Assembly: GCF_963921235.1 (NCBI RefSeq)
Contig: NC_086109.1
Span: forward strand, 32,552,001 to 32,616,000
From: Mobula hypostoma
Lineage: Eukaryota
Reading direction: 5' to 3'
DNA length: 64,000 nucleotides
Numbering within the stretch: position 1 is the stretch's first letter; every line of letters starts with the position of its first letter. Made by a program: the position numbers and the translations under genes. The notes below the pieces were generated by a model. It was not told the DNA's origin. It ran no database searches and saw nothing but the letters and a program-made list of their open reading frames with translations. Of this stretch, positions 39,831-53,037 are shown in pieces.

Positions 39831-40741
39831 ACACATCTTTCCCTCCCCCCTCTCTCTGCATTCCGCAGGGATCGCTCCCTACACAACTCCCTTGTCCATT
39901 CGTCCCCCCCATCCCTCCCCACTGATCTCCCTCCTTGCACTTATCCGTGTAAGCGGAACAAGTGCTACACATGCCCTTACACTTCCTCCCTTACCACCAT
40001 TCAGGGCCCCAAACAGTCCTTCCAGGTGAGGCATCATTTCACCTGTGAGTCGACTGGGGTGATATACTGCGTCCGGTGCTCCCGATGTGGCCATTTATAT
40101 ATTGGTGAGACCCGACGCAGACTGGGAGACCGCTTTGCTGAACATCTACGCTCTGTCCGCCAGAGAAAGCAGGATCTCCCAGTGGCCACACATTTTAATT
40201 CCACATCCCATTCCCATTCTGACATCTATCCACGGCCTCCTCTACTGTAAAGATGAAGCCACACTCAGGTTGGAGGAACAACACCTTATATTCCGTCTGG
40301 GTAGCCTCCAACCTGATGGCATGAACATTGACTTCTCTAACTTCCGCTAGGCCCCACCTCCCCCTCGTACCCCATCTGTTACTCATTTTTATGCACACAT
40401 TCTTTCTCTCACTCTCCTTTTTCTCCCTCTGTCCCTCTGAATATACCTCTTGCCCATCCTCTGGGTCACCCCCCCCCCGTCTTTCTTCCTGGACCTCCTG
40501 TCCCATGATCCTCTCGTATCCCCTTTTACCTATCACCTGTCCAGCTCTCGGCTCTATCCCTCCCCCTCCTGTCTTCTCCTATCATTTTGCATCTCCCCCT
40601 CCCCCTCCAGCTTTCAAATCCCTTACTCACTCTTCCTTCAGTTAGTCCTGACGAAGGGTCTCGGCCTGAAACGTCAACTGCGCCTCTTCCTATAGATGCT
40701 GCTTGGCCTGCTGCGTTCACCAGCAACTTTGATGTGTGTTG
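39831..40741 (+). mobile_element. Young Penelope-like element 3' part (GIY-YIG + pLTR)
   Basis: FTCESTGVIYCVRCSRCGHLYIGETRRRLGDRFAEHLRSV...LEEQHLIFRLGSLQPDGMN; CpGs retained. Confidence 0.93.
40644..40679 (+). ncRNA. Minimal type I hammerhead ribozyme motif (Penelope type)
   Basis: agtc-CTGACGA-AGG(gtctcgg)CCT-GAAA-cg-TC-aact; one stem I mismatch. Confidence 0.65.
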
Positions 40742-41329
40742 ATAAAGTAATAGAACTTAATTTTTTCTTGCTTTAGTCAATATGTATTTGTACATTTGCA
40801 AGTTGTAGTCTTATGCATTTTTGTTAAAATAGCCAAAATGGATTAACCACATATGATTTGTATTTTTAATAGGAATGTTAAGTCCATCAACTGTAAATAA
40901 CTGAATTTTAAATACTGAAAATGAGTAAAAATCTGAACTGATTGTTTTATTAAATTTGTTACTGGGCATAAACCAATTTCACAGTAAATCAAGTATATTT
41001 TAATGTTTAAAAAACCTGCTCTGGGTGTCAATTTAAAAGAAATAGTTTCACTTAAAGAACTTACTGAAACAGATGCAGTCGGTTGAAACTTGTTATGTTC
41101 ATTATACGGATTTGGGACCAACCAATTTTATAGGCAAGACTTGCTGTAAGCAAAGTGCTTTAAAGGCATAAATTTAAAAAGAAATATTCTGGGGGTAACT
41201 TGAGTTCAGCATTTCAAAAGCCTTTGAAAATTTGATAGTTTTGCAAAGGGTATCAGCAGCAATTAGAGCTAATGTTAGGAGTAATTCAAGCAGTCTAATT
41301 TTCCCTTTTCTGTTTGTTACCCACCACAG

Positions 41330-41366
41330 ATTGGGTTCAAAAGCATGAGAGATGGGACAAAATCTG
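41330..41366 (+). CDS. FAM107: FAM107-family gene, 37-nt micro-exon IGFKSMRDGTKS(G)
   Basis: Strong acceptor ttcccttttctgtttgttacccaccacag| and donor G|gtaagc; phase 0 to phase 1, exactly bridging 29332 and 53756. Confidence 0.65.
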
Positions 41367-41849
41367 GTAAGCACTAAGTTATGTTTTCAAAAAAGGAGAG
41401 ACACAAAATACAGCAAATGCTGGAATCAGTTGGTGGAACTCGGCAGGTTTAATAGCATCTTTTTGGGGATGGAGATGGAGGTGGGAAGGAATTATCAATG
41501 CTTTAGGTCAAGATCAAACCTTCAAAGGTTTAACTTGAATGCAAAAAAAATATTTTTTATCCTTTTATTAAAATCCAATTCCAAACAATAATCTCTTATT
41601 AATGTATTTCATGAGGAATCTTTATTTGTATTCAAATTCCAAGACTGGAATTATTCTCCTTCAAAAAAACTTGATGTGCAATCATTTTAAGTGGTTATAT
41701 GTGATTAAAGTAAATGAGGATTTATATGCCAATCTTGATCTTTTTCTTTGCACTACATTGCAAAATCTCTTCAAGGGATGCCTACCCTGAAGAAGTTCAA
41801 ATTTTCCTTTCGACGGGAGTTCTGTGATAGTCTCCCTCACTGTTCCCCC

Positions 41850-42042
41850 TCTGTGATCTCCCCAGCCCTCTGACTCTTCACCTTGTACTTCTTACTCCCC
41901 TCCCCCCACCTTCTTACTCTGACTTCTCATCCTCTTTTCCGAGTCCTGATGAAGGGTCTCGGCCTGAAACGTTGACTGTTTACTCTTTTCCATAGATGCT
42001 GCCTGGCCTGCCGAGCTCCTCCAGCATTTTGTGTGTGTTGCT
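41850..42042 (+). mobile_element. Penelope pLTR-derived repeat
   Basis: catagatgctgcctggcctgccgagctcctccagcattttgtgtgtgttg end shared with other copies. Confidence 0.8.
41942..41977 (+). ncRNA. Minimal type I hammerhead ribozyme motif (Penelope type)
   Basis: agtc-CTGATGA-AGG(gtctcgg)CCT-GAAA-cg-TT-gact; stems I and II intact. Confidence 0.7.
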
Positions 42043-42479
42043 GCTTCTTCTTTGTTGCCTGATTTTTCAAAAAGACCAACGCTTGTATGGTACAATAAGT
42101 GATCATCAGAAAGTACCTTTGAGAAAGATGGCAGTGAAATTTCTATAAACTATGACATGATCAGAGCTGGGGAGTCCATTTCCTAAAAGTTGTTCATGTT
42201 AAGGAGATTGGCACCAACGATGAATTTGAATGTGGATTCATGATGAATTCATAATGACTTGATTTGATTACTTGGCTTCTTCAAAAAAAGAGAAGAAATT
42301 GGTCACTGCCATTGGGTCTGGTTCTGGGAAGAAATCTGAAGTTAGATGAAGCAGCTCTTGTGTGTAACAGACGATGGCTTCCAAGTGTTCAGGGAGCCAC
42401 TAAAACAGTTATTCATCTGTATGATTATGCTATAATCACATTTAGCTGTGTTAAGTTTGTGTGCTTCTCTCTCTGCTCT

Positions 42480-43430
42480 ACTTGCTTTACACTTGATTAT
42501 GTGGCTAAGTACAGCTCCAAAGCCGTATTTATATTTGCTAACAGCACCACTGTTATTTGCCAAATCAAATGTGGTGACAAATGGGCATAAAGGAGGGAAA
42601 TAAAAATGTAGTTGAATGGTGTCACTGTGACAAACTCTAATTGAATGTGAACAAAACCAATGAGCTGATTATTGACTTCAGGAGGAAGAAGCAGAAGGTC
42701 CATGATCCGGTGCTCATTAGGGGAACAGAGGTGGAGACGGTCAGTAACTTTAAATTTCTTGGTGTTACCATATAAGAGTATCTGTCCTGGAACAAAGGCA
42801 CAACAGCACCTCTACTTTCATAATAGTCTGTGCAGATTTGGCCTGCCACCTAAAACTTTGACAAACTTCTCTTGATACACAGTGGGGAATATCCTAACTG
42901 GTTGAAACACAACCTGGTATGGAAACACGAATGGCCAGGAATAGAAAGGTCTACAGAGTATAGTGAACACAGCCTAGTCCATCAGAGGTAAATGTTTCCA
43001 CAGCATTGAGGGTATTTACAATGAGCACTGCCATTCAAAAGGACCCCACTATGCAGGTCATGCTGTCTTCTCACTGCTTTCATCGGGTAAGAGGTACAGA
43101 AGCCTTAGGTCCCACACCTCCAGGTTCAGGAAGAGTTATTACTCTACAACCATCAGACTCCTGAACCAGCATGGACAACTTCACTCTCCTCAACCCTCAA
43201 CTGATTCCACAACCTACAGACTCACTTTTGAGGACTCTATAACTCATATTCTCAGTATTATGTTTTTCTATTTGCACAGTTTGTCTTTTTTTTTTGCACA
43301 TTTTCATTCTTTGTTTATGTATAGATTTAAAAAATTCAATTGTATTTCTTTGTTTTCATATAAATGCCTGCTGGAAAATGAATCTCAACATTGTATATGG
43401 CAACATATATGTACTTTGATAATAAACTTA
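42480..43430 (+). mobile_element. Rex/Babar-like LINE fragment
   Basis: LNVNKTNELIIDFRRK, FKFLGVTI, KAQQHLYF motifs plus 3' UTR. Confidence 0.85.
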
Positions 43431-44547
43431 GTTCAAATTTCAAAAATCAAAGCAAATTTATTTCAGAGTACATATATGTCACCATATACAACCCTGAGAT
43501 TCATTTCTTGAGGGCATTGACAATAAATACAAGAACCACAATAGATTCAATGAAAGACTGCAACCAACAGGAAGGTCAAACAACCAATGTGCAAAAGGCA
43601 ACAAGCTGTGCAAATACTAAACAAATAATAATAACAAGTAATAGTAATAAATAAGCAATGAATATCAAGAACATGAAATGAAGAGTCCTTGAAAGTGAGT
43701 CTATAAGATGTGGAAACAGTTCAGTGATGGGGCGAGAGAAGTTATCCTCTCTGGTTTAAGAGCCTGACGGTTGAGAGGTAATAACTGATCCGAAACCTGG
43801 TGGTACGGGTCCAGAGGCTCCTGAACTATCTTCCTAATGGCAACAGAGAGAGGAGAGCGTGGCCTGGGGGTGTGGGTCCTTGATGATGGATGCTGCTTTG
43901 TTGCAGAAGCGTTCCATGTGGATGTGCTCAATGGTGGGGAGGGCTTTACCCGTGATGGACTGAGCCATATATGTACACCATACTTTGTAGGATTTTCCTT
44001 TCAAGGGCATTGGCATTCCCACACCAGGCTGTGATGCAGCCAATCAATATACTCTCCACTACACATCTATAGACATTTGTCAAAGTTTTAGATGTCATGC
44101 TGAATATTTGCAAACTTCTAAGAAAGTAGAGGCGCTGATGTGCTTGTTTCATAATGGCCCTTACATTCTGAACCCAGGACAATCCTCAGAAATGATAAAT
44201 CTGAGGAATTTAAAGCTGCTGATCGTCTCCATCTCTGATACCACGATGGAGACTGGCCCATAGACTTCTAGTTTCCTCCTCCTGAAGTCAATAATTAGCT
44301 CCTTAGTCTGGCTGACATTGAATTAGAGGTCATTGGTGTGGCACCAGTTAGCTAGATTTTCAATCTCCCTCCTATATGCTGATTCATCACCACAATTGAT
44401 TCAGCCAATGACAGTGGTGCTGTCAGCAAACGTAAATGGAGCTGTGCTTAGCCTCACAGTCATAACTAAGACACAGATTGAGCAGGTTGCTAAACACACA
44501 GCCTTGTGGTACATCTGTGTTAATGTTGATTGTGGAGGAGATGTTGT
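43431..44547 (-). mobile_element. Rex/Babar-like LINE fragment, interrupted by Gypsy (resumes 47086-47130)
   Basis: QAHQRLYFLRSL..KTLTNVYRCVVESILIGCITAW; KAASIIKDPHP. Confidence 0.88.
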
Positions 44548-47085
44548 AGGATAATGTACATAATTCACAACCACCGTCACTTGAAGAGGCTGGTCTGACG
44601 CATTGACGTTGTTACTTAAGGATTATTAGCGCATTTTATTTGTGCTTAGGTTTTGGAGTTCAATAAAATGTGCTATGGGTTTCATTAAACATAAAACGCC
44701 TCACTTCAATATATTTGCAAAACCTACACTGGTGACGCCAATGCTCGAGGACGATTCCAGAGTTATTGAATATGTCGGCCAATGCAGTTGCTTTAAAACT
44801 ACTGGAGTTTTGCGAGCAAGATGCCATCGCTTGGTTCGTATAAGACTTTTCGACAAGTTTAACCGGAAAGTTAATTTTTTTCCAAAGTCGATCTAGTAAG
44901 TGGCTGCCATCTGGTGCCTGTGTGCTCAGAGGACATTCCCAAAACAGCTGTGATAACCCCGTTTGGCCTTTCTGAGTTTCTGCACATGTCGTTTGGACTG
45001 AAGAATGCAACACAGACTTTACAGCAGCTGATCTTGAAAGACTTAGATTTTCTTTTTGTTTACCTGGATGACATGCTTGTCACCAGTGCACTGAATCTGA
45101 ACACATATCTCATTGCATACTTTTCGAGCACTAAAGCTGATAGGGGTTGATTATTAATCCTGCTAACTGCCAATTTGGGTTGTCAACCATTAACTTTTTT
45201 GGGTGTCGCATCCCCGCAGACGGTGTGAAACCTCTCCCATCAAAATTATGGGTTTCCCACTGTCCCACACTACTAAAAAAACTACAGGAGTTTTTAGGTA
45301 TGGCAAATTTCTATCACCACTTCATTTCACGAGCTGCTGAACTTACGCTCCCCCTGTATAGTGAGCTTAAAGACAATACCCCAAATCAGGTGATTGACTG
45401 ATCAGCGGACATTTGATGATACCAAACAAGCTCTTCCTAATGTGACCCTTCTGGCCCACCTGCTCCCCAATGCACCCATAGCCATTACTACCGATACCTC
45501 AGACTTTGCTGTGGGTGCTGTTCATGAACAGTTGGTCGGAGGCATGTGGCAGCCACTCATCTTCTTCAGCCAGCACCTCCACACCTCCACACCCCTGAAA
45601 GGAAGTGCAGTACGTTTGACCATGAGCTTCCTGTTCTCTACTTGGCCATCCGCCATTTTCTTCTAGATGGTCGCCATTTCACAGAGTTCATTAACCGCAA
45701 ACCCCTTGTGCAAGCGATGGCCCATAACCTCGGTGTTAGGCTACATCACATCGCAGTGCATCACCCACAGTCCAATGGCCTGTGTGAGCGGTTTTGCCGC
45801 TCTTTAAAGGCTGCTCTGAGAGCTTCGCTGACAATGCGTGTTGGCAGAAGCTTCTCTCGTGGGTCCTGTTGGGGCTCAGAACAGCTCCAAAAGAGGACCT
45901 GCAGGCATGCACAGCTGAGTCAGTATGCGGGCAGCCGTTACGAGAGCCAAGCGATTTCATTCCTGGCACCACAACCACCTGGTTAGCCTCTCAACAGTGT
46001 TCCACCCTCCTCAGTAAATTCAATTCCTTTTCACCTGTTCCTACCTCCCATGCTCTTGGGTCCCTGTGGTCCTACATTCCGCCTCGTTTCCTTTTGTCCG
46101 CCATGACGCACACCAACATTCCCTTGGGGCCCCCTTATGATGGCCTGTTCTGCATTTTGGAACAGGGAGAAAAGACTTTTATCAAAAATAAGAGGGGTAA
46201 ACCTGAATGTTTTTTTGGTACATATCCTTAGACTGGCCCACCAAGACTGGGAGGAATCCACTGCCATGCCCCTGGCGTCACAACATGACCATCAGAGTGT
46301 CTACACACCTTTGGACGAGCTAGAGGCACCTGCGGCTCCTTCACCTCGGGACACAGGACCCGAGCAGGGCAGCTAGTCCGAGCTCCAGACAGGTTCACAA
46401 TGCTAGTTTTAGTGAATTCTGTGGAGGGTTGGGGGAGGCACCTGTGTAAGGTAACGTAATTAGGAGAAATGTACATAATTCACAACCACCGACACTGAGT
46501 TGGAGTGTCACTGAATTTGGATATGGCCCAAGTGCAGAGCAGGAGACATCGAAGCGGGATCACAGACTTTAACTCAAAAAGAGTTAGAGGGAAACGAAAA
46601 CAATAAACCACTGGGCCAAACAGGGCTATTAACTAAAACTCTCAAATGGAAAACAAAGCCAACACAGCAGCTGAAAGGAATAACTAAGTATAAAATGAAT
46701 ACCGCTAGTCTTCAGAGTCAGTTGACTCGACAGTCCAATTTTCTCAGGCAAGGCTGAATGCAAGTAGGCCACAAAATGTTGCTGTGCTTTGCTCAAGTCT
46801 CGACAAGCACAATGACGAAAAGAATGGAGTTAAATGCCATCACAATGAAATAGCAATTAGCTGACACGTGTATATTCACGAGTGCAACTGCCATATCTGC
46901 TGCGCTGCTGAATCCGTGGTTGTGACATGGGGTTTCACTTTAACAGGCTGGTCTGACGTGTTGACGTTGTTACGTTAAGGATTTTAGTGCATTTTTTGTG
47001 TTTAGATTTTGAAATTCAATAAAATGTGTTGGGGGTTTCATTAAACGTAAAACACCTCACTTCAATTTATTTGTGAAAACCTATA
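44545..47085 (+). mobile_element. Internally deleted Gypsy LTR retrotransposon with both LTRs (44545-44728; 46445-47085)
   Basis: Matching LTRs; PBS tggtgacgcca; gag start MSANAVALKLLEF..DAIAWF; RT KTAVITPFGL..YLDD; RNase H TDTSDFAVGA; integrase HPQSNGLCER; PPT. Confidence 0.93.
46506..46927 (-). mobile_element. Solo LTR nested in the Gypsy 3' LTR
   Basis: TGTCAC...GTGACA termini; TGGAG/TGGGG 5-bp flanks; host LTR resumes afterwards. Confidence 0.8.
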
Positions 47086-47454
47086 GTTATGCCAAACCAA
47101 ACTTACTGGGGTCTGCGAGTGAGGAAGGGATTTTTATCTCTTTGCACTTTACTGCTGTCAAAGCAACAAATTTCATGTCATATTTCAGACTAATCAGGGG
47201 CTCGTATCTGTTTGCTTCGTGATTTGAACCATGTTACTCATGCGCTATAAATGCTCCACTTCACTTTACCAGATCTCTCGTGACTTAAACTTGATAGAAG
47301 AGAGAAGCTCCCCCCAGTTTGTTTCAGCCACATCCACTGTTTCCCTCATTCCTACCACAATCCTTCATGGAACAACCCTAATCAGTGTGGTGAAACTTCC
47401 TTTCACTCCTGTCCCCAAGGCAGAAAGGCCAGATCTAAGTGCAGAAATCAGTCT

Positions 47455-48470
47455 CAGAATCAGATCTATTATCTTCATCGTATGGCATGAAACTTGTTTC
47501 TTTGTGGCAGCAGTACAGTGCAAAAGCTAAAAACCTACAAATGACAAAAAATAGTAAATAGTGCAAAAATGAATAATGGGTTGTTCATTGGTTCCATAAC
47601 TGTTCAGAAATCTGATGGTGGGTGGGAATAAGCTGTCTCTGATTCATTAATAATTAATAAATAAATTACTATTTAATTATTTATGGTACAACTGTAACAA
47701 AAACCAATTTCCCCCAGGATCAATAAAGTATGACTATGACTATTAAGTATGCATGTGGGTCTTCTCCCTGATGAGTGAGGGTGCTTAATGGTGGATGTCA
47801 GATTTTGAGGCACACCTCTTGAAGATCTCCTCAATACTGGGGAGAATTTTGTCTGTGATGGAGCTGGCTGACTCTACAGCCCTTTCCAGTCTTTTGCGAT
47901 CCTGTGCATTGGAAGCCCCAAATCAGGCTGTGATACAACCACTCAAAATGCTCTTCACATCTATAGAAGTATGTAAGAATCTTTGGTGACAATTTCCCCA
48001 AACTCCTGATGAAATAGATCCATTGTGATGACGTTCTTTGTGATTGCATTAATGTTTTAGGCCCTGTGTGGTTCTTACATGATGTTGATGACTAGGAACT
48101 TGAAGTTGCTCACCATTTCCACCTCTGACCCATCAATAAGGACTTGGGGCTTGTCCTCCTAACTTTCCCTTCCTCAAATCCACAATCAATACCTTGGTCT
48201 TGCTGATGCTGAGTGTGAAGACACCACTCAAAAGGCAGATTTATCTCACTCCTGTAAGCACTCTCAACACTGTCTGAGACTCCACCAACAAAAGCGTGTC
48301 TTTGGTGAGTTTATAAATGGCGTTTGAGCTGTGGTTAGCTTCACATGATGAGTGTAGAGAGAGTAGAGAAGTGGGCTAAGCATGCGTCTGTGAAGTCTGC
48401 CTGTATTGATGATCAGTGAGCAAGAGATGTTATTACTGATCTGCACTGACTTAGGTCTTCCAATATTCCA
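47455..48470 (-). mobile_element. Rex/Babar-like LINE fragment
   Basis: RPKSVQISNNISCSLIINTG...LSPLLYSLYTH. Confidence 0.8.
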
Positions 48471-48919
48471 GGTATGGACTGACCATATAAATGTCATAAG
48501 ATCTCTTTATACGGGGAGTCGCATTGTCCTGCCATCATAGCAAATCTACCATCTATCTTCCTAATTCCTTGCTGCACCTAACAAACCATCAGCGATTCAT
48601 GTTAAGTGAATCAAGGTTCACCTGAATGCAACATACTTCAGTCTTTCAACATTTAAACACAAAAAAAAATACTCTTTGTATTTTTTCTGTCACTTTATTT
48701 TTAACAATTTACATGGACTTTTTACATCTTTTGAAGCCTACATCCTTCTCATAAGCTCTGCCCCCCAGCTCGGTTTCATTAGAACTAAGCTATTTAAAAC
48801 AAAGATATATTGTTTTTGGTTCCTCATTCATATCATTTGAAATGCATTCTGAACAAATGTGGCCATAATACTGAACACTGAAGCAAGTCACAGCCTCTCA
48901 GCCTGACAAAGGCCCATTA

Positions 48920-49545
48920 ATTGTAATGTTATTTTGACCGATCCTCAATCCACCCCAGTATGTCACCTAGTCCTGCATTTTTAAATTTTGTTCAGCAATC
49001 TCTTGCATGGCATTTTATTGAAAGGCTTCTGAAAGTCCAAATACACCATATCAGCTAGTTTAACCATACCTACTGCACTAGCCACACCCTCAAAAAATTC
49101 CTTCAGATTTGCCCAAAATGATTTCCCTTTCAGAAACCAATGTCCCCTCTGCAGTCTAATTGTTATTTTCTAAAGTTCCTTTTGCTATTTCCTTAATAGC
49201 TTCCAACATTTTCCCAAATACTGATGTCAGGATAAACTGGTCAGTAGTTCCTAATTTTCTCTCTCCCTTTGCTAGCTGGTGATTTTTTGGGGAACCATTC
49301 TAGGTTCTGTTGGGTCTTGGTAGATGAGAACCAGTGAGTCCACTATATTTGCAGTCATCCCTTTTCAAAGCCTTTGATCATTAGATCCAGGGAGTAATTC
49401 AGTTCCAATTATTTCTCCAATATTTCTTTTTCACAAACTAACTTCTCATTCCTCATTTACTCTAGACATGCAGTTTTCTGCTATCCCTGAATAGTTGTTC
49501 AATATCTGCACCATATCCTTATTCCCTGAAATAACTTATCCTGCC
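48920..49545 (-). mobile_element. Old CR1 RT fragment
   Basis: Minus-strand NY.PV.LTSVFGKMLE and VYLDFQKPFNKMP remnants. Confidence 0.6.
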
Positions 49546-49549
49546 TCAC

Positions 49550-49880
49550 TCAGAATTAGAATCAGGTTTAATATGGCCGGCATAGATTGTGACAGCAGCA
49601 GCAGCAGTCCAAAGCAATACATGACAAATATAGAGAAAAAATAAATGAATTACAGTAAATATATATATATGTATATTAAATAAATACATTTTAAAATAGT
49701 AGTGCAAAAACAGAAACAATTAAAAAAGTGAGGGAGTGTTCATGGGTTCAGAGTCCATTTTGAAATCGGATGGCAGAGGGGAAGAAGCTATTCCTGAATC
49801 ACTGAGTGTGTGCCTTCAGGCTTCTGAACCTCCTACCTGATGGTAACAATGAGAAGAGGGCTTGTCCTGGGCGGTGGGGG
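49550..49880 (-). mobile_element. Rex/Babar-like LINE 3' fragment
   Basis: Close to 19845-20165 (cagaat tail, ggatggcagaggggaagaagct). Confidence 0.8.
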
Positions 49881-52800
49881 TCTCGCCGCTTCGAGTTCGC
49901 TGTTGAAGTAGTTAAAACCCACATTAACCTTTTTATTTACCTTTTCTCATATCTAGAGATTTTCCAGTTTGCAAGGTTATTACTTTATTCTGCTTTCCAT
50001 TTCCTTATCAATTTATTAGTCCTCCATTGTGGTGAAAAATCTTTAAGGAGCTGAGAGAGATGAAGAAGCAGAGGGAATTAATTTACAGTGTGTGAAGTCT
50101 CCTGCACTTGAAGCCCAACCACCAGCAGGTGGAGCTAAAGTGCTTGAGTAGATGTGAAGAGGAAGAGGCAGAGTTTATATTTGGAGGGGAATTTTAAATT
50201 GAAAGCACCAGGGGATCAGAATTCAAAGTCAAGCAGAAAAGCTAAGTGATATACTGAGGGTGCTGATGAAGTGGAGTAAACCAGGAATATAGGAAACTAA
50301 GGGTTTTAGTTTAAATGGGCAGTTCAAACAGCTCCCATTGTTCTCCAGCCAAATTTTACAAAGGTTGGCTGAAACACTTAAGCAAAAAGTAGTATGTTTT
50401 GGAGCAGGAGTCCAATTTATTTTTAATACTGTTCCAAAGCTAAATTAAGTTAAAATATGAAAGTCAATCTCTTGCTGTCGCAAATCATACTTGTGCAGAT
50501 CAAATATTTTATGTGAAAGATGCATACTCAATGACATCTTTACTTATACAAAGTAGGTCATTATATGTTGGTAACCAAGCTTGGTGGTAATGGTGATGTA
50601 ACGTGAAGTTATGTCCATATGTGAGCACAGTTACCCCATAATACTGAGGCCAACCTTCATTTCTCTTCTAACAAAGACAAATATGAAGTCCTGTAGATTA
50701 CTAGGTTAGAAACATACATTTATTTCAATTTAAACATTCTAGAGTTTCTGCATGAGATAATCATCCCACTTCGGCTGACAACATAGAGTACAATACTCAG
50801 AACTTCTCGTCCATTCTAATCCTTGGACATTATTTTCTGTAAATAATATTACAGCAAAAACCTAGCATCACTTCATTAAATTTCTTATGAACTGAAAAAT
50901 GCATCGTTATATTTTCACTGTGTTATTGCGTGCAGATTTATTAAGATGATAATACATATCTCACCTCATAACCTCAGAAAATAACACATGACCAAACCAA
51001 TTTCTTTTGAAATAACACCCCGAAGGAAGTAGAAAAGATAGTTTATATGTTTGGTTTATTGTGCTGCACTACCTGAAAGCAAATTTTAAAAAATTTAATC
51101 ATTTCATTTTTTCTTCAATAAGTTCTGACAGCCATTGAAGGGTTTTCAATTCTTAGTCACATTTCACGTGAATGGAAATGGAATACAAAATGGTCACAGG
51201 ATTCCCATTGAATTACACATCCATATTGTCTTAAAAATGAAGAAAATTTTAAAAAATGGTTACTGAAAGACCTAACTGTAAGTCAAATTTTGCTAATTTG
51301 TGAATCAGGTTTTTACTCAGTGGCATTAACACGTCCTCTGTTTTAAGGAAAATAATAGGGAAAATTCCATTTTATATTCATTATATATCCTGTGCAGAAA
51401 TCTGTGCAAAAAGAGTTCTGCTGTGATCTGGTGAAGTACATTTGCAAATCAAATACAGAGGGAAATTGTTTCCTAGCTGAGGGACATCAGCTAGTTTTGC
51501 AAGCTAGTGTGTTAGAACTAGATCAAGACTCTTTTTCATTACACTGATTTAATCCACTCCTAGATGAATTTATAATTATGCTCTGTTGATATCAATCTTT
51601 ATTTCTAATTTATGCAACTACTACCTCATAATATTTTTATGTACAGTTTTACAGGCAAATGATATATCCCAAAGTGGAACACCCTATTCCTTTCTGGTTT
51701 TCCTAGGGCAAATATTTTTCGCGATGAATGAGCTCATGTCTCCTGTGAGACATATATTATTCTAATAAACAAAGTGTCCTTAAAAGCAGAGAAAAATTGG
51801 TCATTTCCAATTTAGGATTAATGAATAAATACCAATCTGACAGAGAATATTTGCGAAACTACTGTCATGTCATGAATTGCTAAGAAGTAAATACAGCAAA
51901 TGCAAAAGTTAATTGAATATATAGCGTTGATATACTTAGTATAAAATATCTGACATAATGAAACATAGTTCAGCAGAGTTGAATTTTCATCTCTCAGGGA
52001 CAACATCCCTTCCTGCCATAACCTTCCTCCTGCTCCCTCTTTTTCCATCCTCCCCTTCATTTCCCTTTTCCTCTAGAATGACATTTCAATCAACTTATGG
52101 CTTAAGTAGAAAAGGCACAATAATGTACCCAAAAGCAATTCAATATGAAAGGACTCAAAGACCCTGCAAAAAAAAGCTATTCAATTAATGCCTCATAATC
52201 AACTTGGCAACATCTAATCAACAAGATTGTCCCCAGTGCCTGGTCTACCATGGACTTCACCATAAATACCATCTAAGGACTTTCATCTTCATAGGATGAG
52301 ATTCATTTTCCAGTTTTAATGAAGGATCTTCAGCTTTAAGCTCTGCTCTTCTTTCCATGAATGCTGCCTCACCTGCTGACCTTTCCCAGAATTTTCTATT
52401 TTTATTTCAAATTTTCACTATCAGCAGTTTATCCCTAGATTTCTTTAATTGATGAGATGTTATCATTGAATAACATTTAAAGTAAAGTCAATTCAATCCA
52501 AGAAAAGGAGGAGAGAAAAACACAAGCTGCAAAACAAACTCAGTTTATTAAATACCTTATTACATTTATTTCCGTGATATATATATATAAAATGTTTAAT
52601 AATATCACTTCTGCTTTCAGACTATTTCCTGGTTATAATTAAAGCAATAGACGACAGCTATATCTCTTTCTCCTGCTCCGTGCGTGTCTCTGTGCGTTTA
52701 GTTTTGTATGTGAAGCATGTATGTGTGCGTAAGTGCATGCTTGCACTTGTATCATTTTTCCTTCCTTTCTTCTGAAATATATTCAGAAATTATCTTTCAA

Positions 52801-53037
52801 ATAAGAGCTTTCAGCTCTCATGTGGTTGAGTCAAAAGTTTTGATGTATATATTTTGAGGGTGTATCTTGGGTGGACTTAGGCAGACAGAAGAGCAAAAGG
52901 TAACTTTTGAAATGTCTCATCTGCATGCTCCAATGGACGTGAAGAAGCTATGACACAATTTGAATAAGAGTCAACTTGTTCTCCTTCTGCCCCAACCAGT
53001 ATCGATTCCTCATCCAGCAGCTCTGCCAACAGATAAT

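Noticed and set aside
51132..51192. Alternative phase 0 to phase 1 exon for FAM107 (PLKGFQFLVTFHVNGNGIQN)
   Set aside because: Donor G|gtcaca is poor; 41330-41366 has much stronger splice signals
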